Assembly (NCBI GenBank): GCA_020426545.1 | Contig: JAGQPV010000001.1 | Span: 1 to 41,901, forward strand | Origin: Planctomycetaceae bacterium | GTDB lineage: Bacteria; Planctomycetota; Planctomycetia; Planctomycetales; Planctomycetaceae | Length of the DNA: 41,901 bases | Reading direction: 5' to 3' | In this document: positions 28,046 through 35,041 of the stretch, in pieces | Layout: every line of letters begins with the position of its first letter | Position numbering within the stretch: position 1 is the stretch's first letter | The notes under the pieces: generated by a model | Database searches by the model: none | What the model saw: only the letters and a program-made list of their open reading frames with translations | What the model was told of the DNA's origin: nothing | Position numbers and translations under genes: made by a program

Positions 28046-29026
28046 GATTCCCCTTCCCTGTGAGACGAATGAAGTCTCTGAGAATCCAAGTACGGGAGTA
28101 TTCGGAAAGTCTCCCTGTGAACTTCCCTGTATCTTCAACTTCAGATAGCTGACGTCTGATCCACTCAGAGACCGTGTGCCGGCCGGCATGGCGACCGGCG
28201 GTTCATCCGAATCTCCGGCACTCGGCATCTGACCGGAAGTATCGGGATGCGACAGCTTCTGCTTGACAACAGAGGAGGTGGAATTCTGCCGTCTTCAGCG
28301 AACAGGACGCCCAAAACCAACTGTGACTTGTGGGAGAAGTACTGAGGGACGGCGCATTCTTCGACGCGGGACTGGCGGACGATTCCTCACCTAACTGTCT
28401 TACCAGCAACCGGTTATCGCCACAGTGCACTCACAGGCAGCACGATGACGGTTTCCGCAGCAGCGAGCGGGTGCCCCGAATTCTGTGAAGACAGGCGATC
28501 TGCGAGCTGTATCGCAGTCGAATCAGTTGCTCCTGCTGACGAGGCAGTGAGCCCTCGACAGTCATTGCCCGACCGAAGCAGCTGTTACAGCCAGCAGCGT
28601 GCACCAGCTCTTCGCATCATCCGTAACCGGTACAGCCTGTGATTTGGCGTCTGGAATCGCCCCGCAGCAGATGCTGGCACACCTGAGCAGCCCCGGCCAG
28701 CAGCTCGAAACAGCTGGCATCCTCCCGGACAGAGCCAGAATCGAAGTCGCCGCGTCCCCTGCGAACTTCAGGGGGGGGGTGAGCCGAACGGCATCTCCGG
28801 GGCATTTCGCTCCGTCCGCTCAACCCGGCAGAGACCTGGATCGCACCGAAGCTGCTCCACGCAGCCGGCGAGGATCGGGGAGAACCGGCCAGCGCGATAC
28901 GCAAAACTGGCGGCGTTCCGCGATCAGCCCCTCGCTTCCCGCAAAGGCACGCCCGAGCCACCAGAACGCCCCGTGCCTGAGACCTGCAAACGCCAGATGG
29001 GCCAGCGGCTGGTTCAGAGAGTTAGC

Positions 29027-29055
29027 AGAAAGTGAACCTGACACGTTCACTTTCT
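29027..29055. repeat. 11-bp perfect inverted repeat AGAAAGTGAAC / GTTCACTTTCT with a 7-nt loop
   Basis: Read directly. It is immediately followed by a second hairpin CTCTCC-GCGCACG-GGAGAG. There is no U-tract on either strand. Confidence 0.8.
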
Positions 29056-29577
29056 GAAGCATCTCTCCGCGCACGGGAGAGCACAGAAACCACGCGATGT
29101 TGATTTCCGGAAACAGCCGGAACATTTCGCACAGCCCTAACCCGTGCTGAGATTACGGCTTGCAGCGATTGCACTGCGGTGGTGCTCTGCTGCAGCGGAA
29201 GCAGGGCACCGGCAGGCTGGGGCCTTCGGCACAGGGCGTGCTTCTTCGTCTGCTGTCTCCAACGCAAGTCGGAACGAACAGCAACAGAACACACAACTCA
29301 AGCATGGCCGAGTGACGCAGGTGAGAGTGCATCCGCTGCCAGGTTCGTCACGGAACAGGCAGCCGTCCGTGTCTTGAGTCCCCTGCGAGCCGTCCGTTTG
29401 CGGACGGTTCGTGCAGATATCCGGTCGGCTTCTCGAACGGGAATCCGGCCCCCCGAATACATCCTGCAGGATGGCGCAGTGCAGCCGGCGGGCTGCACCG
29501 CAGGTCACAGGTGGAATCCGTTCCACACTGCCGGCCGGCCGAACGACGGGGTTAGTCTCCCCTGCCATTCGGAGAAA

Positions 29578-29592
29578 TGGAAGCTGTGCTGC
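29578..29592 (+). promoter_or_regulatory. Weak sigma-54-like -24/-12 element (TGG-N9-TGC) upstream of pilin paralog 1
   Basis: TGGAAGCTGTGCTGC has the correct GG-N10-GC spacing and lies about 70 nt upstream of the ATG at 29662. Only the core dinucleotides match, and no equivalent was found upstream of paralog 2. Confidence 0.2.
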
Positions 29593-29661
29593 GGAACTCA
29601 GTACCGCGGTACGCGAATCTCAGTTTACAGGTCTCTCAGTCAATCAAAGGAACTCAATCCA

Positions 29662-29985
29662 ATGCTGCGCACACTGTGGAACGATGAAGCTGGTGTTGTT
29701 ATCTCCGCCGAACTGGTGCTCGTCCTGACAATCGCCGTCATCGCGATGGTCGTCGGTCTGCACGCTGTGGCCAAGTCGGTCACCATGGAACTGAACGATG
29801 TCGCCAATGCCATCGGTACCCTCGATCAGTCCTTCGGCTACGCCAGCCTGGTGAAGTCCACCCACGCTGCCGTCCCCGGTTCGGCCTTCGCCGATCGCCA
29901 GGATGCCTGCGACTGCACCGCGATCATTCAGGTTGCTCCGCAGCCCAAGGTCGACAACAGCGGAACCGGTGCCGAGAACCAGTGA
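29662..29985 (+). CDS. Flp/Fap-like type IVb prepilin-like protein, paralog 1 (107 aa)
   Basis: Internal ATG of track ORF 29179..29985, with AAAGGAAC upstream. MLRTLWNDEAG-VVISAELVLVLTIAVIAMVVGL resembles the Flp leader D-E-x-G / x-x-x-x-E-[YL] plus a hydrophobic helix. It has a ~60-aa C-terminal extension containing CDC. Confidence 0.7.
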   Translation: MLRTLWNDEAGVVISAELVLVLTIAVIAMVVGLHAVAKSVTMELNDVANAIGTLDQSFGYASLVKSTHAAVPGSAFADRQDACDCTAIIQVAPQPKVDNSGTGAENQ

Positions 29986-30051
29986 ACTCTTGAGCTGGAC
30001 GAATGAATCAACCGGCTGAATGGCTTCTCGCCAGCGGCTGAACGGATTCCG

Positions 30052-30088
30052 GCTCCCGGGGGTCCAATGACTCCCGGGAGCTTTTCTT
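30052..30088 (+). terminator. Rho-independent terminator after pilin paralog 1
   Basis: GCTCCCGGG (30052-30060) pairs with CCCGGGAGC (30073-30081), followed by TTTTCTT. Confidence 0.7.
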
Positions 30089-30649
30089 CGACCTGCTGTC
30101 GATGGCATTCACATCCGAATGCATCACCAGCTGCTCCCGCCGGCTCTGCCTGCCCGGTGCTGATTGAGCAGTCTGAAGCATGACCCCGGCAGAATACCGA
30201 GGAGTCGCAGCGCTCACTTCTCCTGACAGTCGCGCTTTACGCTTCGCTCACACGTGTTGACAGGCCCGACTGGCCTGACTCTCACGAAACCGGCTGACCG
30301 GTTGATCTCAGCCGCATGGCTAACATCCGCCTGGAACCGGGTTTAGCTGAAGCACCCGCCCCCTTGAGTCTCCCCGGGCGGCACCTGTCCCGCGGCCTTT
30401 GGCATGCCGTCTGCAATCTTCTGCCGGCAGGTCAGGCTCTGCATCGCTCGACACCGTGACATTCGTCGCCGATGCAGAACACGCTTTGCCGCTGGCTGAT
30501 TCCTCAGTCAGGCGGCTGCACAGCCCGGGTCCGGTCAGGCCCGGGATCGCTCGCAAAAAAAGGCCAGCCCCTTCGCCCCCGTGGCGAAGAGGAGCCCGGC
30601 GGGCAGTTACTTCTCTCACAGTGTGGTCAGGATACAGGGGACTCAGACA

Positions 30650-30985
30650 ATGTTGCGCAGCGGGAAAATGTTGTGGCAGGATGAAGCCGGTTTCGTGCTT
30701 TCAGCCGAACTGGTGCTCGTGATGACCGTCGCCGTTCTGGCGATGGTGGTCGGCCTGCATGCCGTGGCGAAAGCCGTGACGACCGAACTGAACGACGTGG
30801 CGAACGCCTTCGGAACTCTGGATCAGAGTTTCTCGTACAAGGGCCTCGTCAAGGCACATCATGCCAGCGTGGCTGGCGCCGCCTTCATCGATCGGGCCGA
30901 TGACTGCGACTGCACCGTCATTATTCAGCCCGCTCCGCGGCCCAAGGTCGATCACAGCGGCTGGATGGCCGAAAACGGCGACTGA
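30650..30985 (+). CDS. Flp/Fap-like type IVb prepilin-like protein, paralog 2 (111 aa)
   Basis: Internal ATG of track ORF 30581..30985. MLRSGKMLWQDEAG-FVLSAELVLVMTVAVLAMVVGL. About 70% identical to paralog 1 by eye, including GTLDQSF-Y, DCDCT-IIQ and PKVD-SG. Confidence 0.7.
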   Translation: MLRSGKMLWQDEAGFVLSAELVLVMTVAVLAMVVGLHAVAKAVTTELNDVANAFGTLDQSFSYKGLVKAHHASVAGAAFIDRADDCDCTVIIQPAPRPKVDHSGWMAENGD

Positions 30986-31037
30986 TCTGCACCGAACCAG
31001 CGACCACGCTGAACGATGGTTCGACGGATAACCAGCA

Positions 31038-31074
31038 GGCACTTTCGGCCACAATTGCCGGAAGTGCCTTTTCT
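31038..31074 (+). terminator. Rho-independent terminator after pilin paralog 2
   Basis: GGCACTTTCGGC (31038-31049) pairs with GCCGGAAGTGCC (31057-31068), 12 bp including one G-U, followed by TTTTCT. Confidence 0.7.
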
Positions 31075-31138
31075 GCTGCGCCACGCCTGGCGGACCGCCT
31101 GAAACGAACGATGAGACGGCACCTGCCTGCCAGCTGCT

Positions 31139-32734
31139 TCAGCGATGGCATACAGCGGGAGCGGTTCCGGCTGAGACCGTACGGGTTGCCTCCCCGGCAG
31201 AATGTTCTCCGGCAGCTGGTTCGCCGGCAGCCGGGTCTCTCGGAAGACTGCGGGAATCCGCCAGCAGCCGCTTCAGGCTCTGATAATTCACCGGCTTGAT
31301 CAGATGCCTGTCGAAGCCCGCCTGCATGGCCCGCTGCACATCTTCCGGCTGACCATAGCCCGTCAGCGCGATCAGGCTGATCTGACTTCCGTCCGGCATA
31401 CGGCGAATCCGTTCGGCCACTTCGTACCCGTTCAGGCCGGGCAGGCCGATATCAATCAGAGCGACATCACATACATGCGTGCCGGCCACCTCGACGGCTT
31501 CGCACCCGTCACCGCAGGCCAGCACCTGGTGACCTTCCAGTTCCAGCAGCAGGGCCAGCGTTTCGCGAATATCTTTCTGGTCCTCCACCAGCAGCACCCG
31601 CAGACCGTCTGACTCCGCCTCTTCCTCCGGCACGACTGTTTCCACAGTCTCTGCCTGCCGGGAAGCCAGTGGCAGCTGAACCAGGAACTCGCTGCCTGGC
31701 CCCGGCTCGGCTGCGCCGGCCGTCACCGAACCATGGTGCAGCCCGACCAGCGTTCTCACGAGCGACAGTCCGATTCCCAGTCCTTCTTCTGTCGAACCGG
31801 TATTGGCCCCCGCCTGCACGAAGGGTTCAAAGATCGAAGCCCGCAGTTCCCTGGGAATGCCGGGACCATTATCCCTCACTCGCACCATCGCGCAGTCGTC
31901 TTCCACCGACAGAGCGATCTGGATCCGCCCGCCAACGGGTGTGTACCTGACAGCATTCGCGAGAATGTTGGACAGAACCTGCGTGATGCGGGTGGGATCC
32001 ACTTCCACCAGCACGGGCTGCTCCGGCAGACTGCAGATCAGCTCATGCTGCCGGCTGGTCAGCTGCGGCTGTACGGTTTCCACTCCGGCCCGCACCAGAT
32101 CGGCCAGGTTGGCCGTCTCAATTTTCAGGCGGATCTTTCCCTGCGAAATCCGGGACAGATCCAGCAGGTCGTCCAGCAGCCGCGAGAGTTGACGGCACTG
32201 CCGGTCAATGACTCCCTGCGCAGCAGCACGGACGGAATCCACGGGGCCAGTGCTGTTCAGCAGGCCCACCGCGTTGCTGATGGCAGCCAGCGGATTCCGC
32301 AGCTCGTGCGACAGGACTGCCAGGAATTCATCCCGCTGGCTCACTTCGTTCCGTGCTTTTTCTGCCGCCAGCTTGTAACCGGTGATGTCTCTCAACGTGG
32401 CAAGAAACGCCGGTCGGTCCTGCCAGCGGGTCTCCACGGTTCTCATTTCCACGCAGCGGGTGGTGCCGTCCTTCTGCACCAGATGAATTTCCGCCTGTTC
32501 GCCGGGCGCTACCGGCAGACCGAACGGCTCGCCCAGCAGCGCATCCGCATCCCGGCCCAGCAGTTTCCCGGCGGCCGCATTCAGAAAGGCAATCGTGCCG
32601 GTTCCCGTGAGAATCACCACGCCATCGGCACTGCTGGTCACAACGGAATGGAAGTAGCTGCGGCTGGCTTCCAGCTGGCGACGCAATTCGTCGATTTGTT
32701 TCATGTCTCTGCGTTCGGACCGACGGCTGCTCAT
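31139..32734 (-). CDS. PAS-containing hybrid sensor histidine kinase (HisKA + HATPase_c + C-terminal receiver)
   Basis: H-box LAVLSHELRNPLAAI; N-box NILANAVRYT; G-boxes VRDNGPGIP and GLGIGLSLV. The receiver is LRVLLVEDQKD...VALIDIGLPGLNG...HLIKP. The ATG at 32734 overlaps the kaiB-like stop (ATGA); an alternative ATG is at 32704. Confidence 0.9.
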   Translation of the reverse strand: MSSRRSERRDMKQIDELRRQLEASRSYFHSVVTSSADGVVILTGTGTIAFLNAAAGKLLGRDADALLGEPFGLPVAPGEQAEIHLVQKDGTTRCVEMRTVETRWQDRPAFLATLRDITGYKLAAEKARNEVSQRDEFLAVLSHELRNPLAAISNAVGLLNSTGPVDSVRAAAQGVIDRQCRQLSRLLDDLLDLSRISQGKIRLKIETANLADLVRAGVETVQPQLTSRQHELICSLPEQPVLVEVDPTRITQVLSNILANAVRYTPVGGRIQIALSVEDDCAMVRVRDNGPGIPRELRASIFEPFVQAGANTGSTEEGLGIGLSLVRTLVGLHHGSVTAGAAEPGPGSEFLVQLPLASRQAETVETVVPEEEAESDGLRVLLVEDQKDIRETLALLLELEGHQVLACGDGCEAVEVAGTHVCDVALIDIGLPGLNGYEVAERIRRMPDGSQISLIALTGYGQPEDVQRAMQAGFDRHLIKPVNYQSLKRLLADSRSLPRDPAAGEPAAGEHSAGEATRTVSAGTAPAVCHR

Positions 32735-33039
32735 GACACACCCTGATGTAAGCTCTCATCCAGTTCGTAACTGGCCAGCAGCAGACCTTCGCGCACCTGC
32801 TGTTCATTCCGCAGGTTTCCCACGATTCGTCGCTGCGGGCCGGGAGCCTGCTGCACCAGGACCGGTGTTGCCAGCAGGTTTTCCCTGCGGACAGCATCCG
32901 GATTTCTCAGAACGTCGATCACATGCAGTTCATACTGCTCGTGGTAATCCGTGTTGCAGACCTGTCGAATCACATCGATTTCCCGGGCGTAACCGGCCGG
33001 GTCGCCAGCAATGAAGTAACAGAAACAGTAACGTGACAT
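32731..33039 (-). CDS. kaiB: KaiB-like protein (thioredoxin-like fold family)
   Basis: 102 aa. CFCYFIAGDPAGYAREIDVIRQVC...YELHVIDVLRNPDAVRRENLLATPVLVQQAPGPQRRIVGNLRNEQQV aligns by eye with the KaiB core (LYVAG...[25 protein letters not shown]...PVRRIIGDLSD). Confidence 0.85.
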   Translation of the reverse strand: MSRYCFCYFIAGDPAGYAREIDVIRQVCNTDYHEQYELHVIDVLRNPDAVRRENLLATPVLVQQAPGPQRRIVGNLRNEQQVREGLLLASYELDESLHQGVS

Positions 33040-33382
33040 TCAACGGGCTGCCTTTGCAGACATGATCCGGAAATCGCTGAACCGCCCCGCGACAGCCCCC
33101 GTGGCACGGAGCAGCCCGGTCAGGGGGATTTCCCCTGATCGCCTTCGACTGATCCACAAGATGCCCTGAAGAAGCAGTTCCCGGGCCAATGCGCAGCCCG
33201 TCAGTTCCAGCCACCGGGCAGTCTTCTGATCGGTTCTACCTGAGGCAGCTGCACGGCCGGAGAATCACGCGGGCTGACAGTGCAGCTCGCGGGATCATCC
33301 TGAAACCATACAGCCGGGCCGGCCTGCGCGGACTGGCAGCCGGTATTCAGCGGGTGAAGGAACGAACCAGACAGATTCTGCA

Positions 33383-34198
33383 TCACACAGAGCTGGAGGT
33401 CACCTTCAGCTCGCGGGCCATCTCACGCACCAGCGATTCCGGATCAAGCGGCTTGGCAAACCAGCGGTCGATACCCTGCGGCCCGGTCTGGATGTCGTAT
33501 TCCTCCGGTTTGCTGCCGCTGATGGCAAAGACCTTCAACCCTTCCAGCGCGGGATCACGGCGGATCTGCTGCAGAGTTTCCGGTCCGCTGCAGCGGGGCA
33601 TCCGCATATCCAGCAGGACCACATCCGGACGGTCGGTCGCACGCAGCAGATCGAGTGCAGCACACCCGTCCTGCGCGGTCACCACTTCAAAGCCGCTCAT
33701 CCGCAGAAATCCGGCCAGCAGCTCGCGCTCGTTGGAATCGTCCTCGACGACCAGAGCCCGCATCCCGCCACCTGAAGAGGGCGCGTGCAGCTGAGATTCC
33801 ACCGACTGCAGCTGGCTCAGCAGACGTTCAAATGTGGATTCCACATCGGTGATACTGCCCATTGACAGCTGCTTCTTCAGCAGATGCAGCGCCAACGTGG
33901 CACCATTCAGCCGGTTGGCCAGGCTGTGGCGGAACTCCCGGTTCCGTGCCTCCTGCTCGGACGAGGCTGCAGCAGCGCTCGGCGAAGCAGCAGTCACGGG
34001 CGACTTCGCGGAACTTGCACTGGTGGTGGTATTCTCCGCGGGCAGCCGGGACGCGACTTCGTCCCGCAGCACCTTGATTTCAGGAGGCGCATCGACACCA
34101 AGTTTGACGATGTTGCCGCGGACGCGAAGCACTTCGATCGTAATTCCGATGTTGGGAAATACGATCTTCTGATCAGGCCGACGAGACAGGACAAGCAT
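33383..34198 (-). CDS. CsrA-domain / H-box helix / receiver-domain fusion protein (271 aa)
   Basis: The ATG at 34198 is preceded by GAAGGGGAAAGGAAACCCGGT. Residues 1-52, MLVLSRRPDQKIVFPNIGITIEVLRVRGNIVKLGVDAPPEIKVLRDEV, align with E. coli CsrA [47 protein letters not shown]. Residues ~88-135 form an EFRHSLANRLNGATLALHLL HisKA-like helix. Residues ~146-260 are a receiver (VVEDD, VVLLDMRMP, FAISG, FAKP). The frame stays open upstream to a GTG at 34642, so a longer N-terminus cannot be excluded. Confidence 0.8.
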   Translation of the reverse strand: MLVLSRRPDQKIVFPNIGITIEVLRVRGNIVKLGVDAPPEIKVLRDEVASRLPAENTTTSASSAKSPVTAASPSAAAASSEQEARNREFRHSLANRLNGATLALHLLKKQLSMGSITDVESTFERLLSQLQSVESQLHAPSSGGGMRALVVEDDSNERELLAGFLRMSGFEVVTAQDGCAALDLLRATDRPDVVLLDMRMPRCSGPETLQQIRRDPALEGLKVFAISGSKPEEYDIQTGPQGIDRWFAKPLDPESLVREMARELKVTSSSV

Positions 34199-34302
34199 AC
34201 CGGGTTTCCTTTCCCCTTCAGTCGGTTCCACTGGCGAACCATCGCCAGGAACCGAAATCCCCACCCTGGGATCCTGCGCAGCGACGGCCTGACTCTCAGG
34301 TC

Positions 34303-34328
34303 GATTCCATGCACAGGGCATCCGTGCC
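34303..34328 (-). promoter_or_regulatory. Pair of CsrA-consensus-like GGA sites (GGCACGGAUGCC and GCAUGGAAUC)
   Basis: The minus strand reads GGCACGGATGCC-CTGT-GCATGGAATC. The first can form a 4-bp stem presenting CGGA in the loop. GGA-to-GGA spacing is 15 nt. Confidence 0.4.
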
Positions 34329-34613
34329 TGTCCGCAGAGCCTGCTCAGTTGACGGCAGGCGGCAGAATGGAAATGATGCGGAAGCCCTGCGGACTGCTGA
34401 TGGTTCACACTCCACAAAAAGAGTGCAACTTCCCAGTAACCGGGTACTCCTGCCTTCAGTTCGAACTTCTGCTCGTTACCGACAGCAGCCAGCTGGCTGC
34501 ACTGCAAACCACACCACTGAACAAACAACGGTGCGGACAGGATTCGGACAGCATTTGAAGGAGAACGGCTCTCCGCAATCCCTGCGAAGACCCTTCCGTG
34601 GCGCCCATGGTCT

Positions 34614-34638
34614 GAGCATCCATGCTCGGATTCCATGT
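34614..34638 (-). promoter_or_regulatory. Pair of CsrA-consensus-like GGA sites (ACAUGGAAUC and GAGCAUGGAUGCUC)
   Basis: The minus strand reads ACATGGAATC-C-GAGCATGGATGCTC. The second is a palindrome that can present AUGGAU in a hexaloop, and CAUGGAUG matches the CARGGAUG core of the CsrA SELEX consensus except for R to U. GGA spacing is 13 nt. Confidence 0.4.
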
Positions 34639-34893
34639 TCACAGCATTTTTCTAGCGTCGCCCCCCTCATCCGTCAAGATCGGTTTTCCCCAGGTTTTTT
34701 GAACGACGTAAATCACTGCTGTGGCATAAGATGGATTCGACCAGCCCTTGGGCACTCCTGCTGAACCCGGAATGCGGGGGACATCGGTCTTGCAGAACCG
34801 ACGGAATTCTGCACGAAATCCCGCAAAATCGGCACCAGCGGGACAAACCGCGGTATTGACACAGCCATCGCAAACTGCGTATTCTGACATCAT
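34639..34893 (-). CDS. Possible small Cys-containing protein (84 aa), unknown family
   Basis: An ATGATG at 34893/34890 is preceded by GGAGAG 9 nt upstream (MMSEYAVCDGCVNTAVCPAGA...). GC3 is lower than in neighbouring genes. Its stop TGA overlaps (GTGA) a GTG that opens the long frame of the CsrA-fusion gene. No family recognised. Confidence 0.3.
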   Translation of the reverse strand: MMSEYAVCDGCVNTAVCPAGADFAGFRAEFRRFCKTDVPRIPGSAGVPKGWSNPSYATAVIYVVQKTWGKPILTDEGGDARKML

Positions 34894-35041
34894 CTCAACT
34901 GTCTCTCCGCGTGCCGCCTCAACGGCATGACGCATCATGCACAGCTGCCCGCACGACTGAACAGTCTGCCGGCGGGCTGCCCCAGGCGTTCCGCTGCGAA
35001 ATGGAGTCCTTGAACAGACTCTGCAACGCAACGGGGCCAGA

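Noticed and set aside
28672-28688. TGGCAC-N5-AGCA as a sigma-54 promoter.
   Set aside because: The -12 element is imperfect (AGC instead of TGC), and the site is about 1 kb from the nearest plus-strand gene.
28925-28948. ACGCAAAAC / CCGCAAAGGC strings as a GEMM-I (c-di-GMP-I) riboswitch upstream of the pilin genes.
   Set aside because: Only the GCAAAG-type fragment matches. The flanking P1/P2 helices, the GNRA tetraloop/receptor arrangement and the GGGACGCAAAGCC context are missing. The site is also more than 700 nt from the ATG.
28660-29000. A decayed third pilin copy (unit 0 of the ~1 kb tandem duplication).
   Set aside because: I found no convincing nucleotide or translated similarity to either pilin gene on either strand. 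There is only a vague Q-P-x-x-P-x-K resemblance.
30257-30285. TTGACA-N17-TCTCAC as the promoter of pilin paralog 2.
   Set aside because: The -35 is perfect but the -10 matches only 2 of 6 consensus positions. I did not list it as a feature without TSS data.
34199-34642. The 419-aa version of the CsrA-fusion ORF (33383..34642) with a 148-aa N-terminal extension.
   Set aside because: The extension has no recognisable domain and is rich in Cys, Trp and His. CsrA domains normally begin at the protein N-terminus (MLxLxRR), and an SD-like GGGGAAAGGAAA precedes the internal ATG at 34198. This is not fully excluded, because the frame is open and the GTG overlaps the upstream small-ORF stop.
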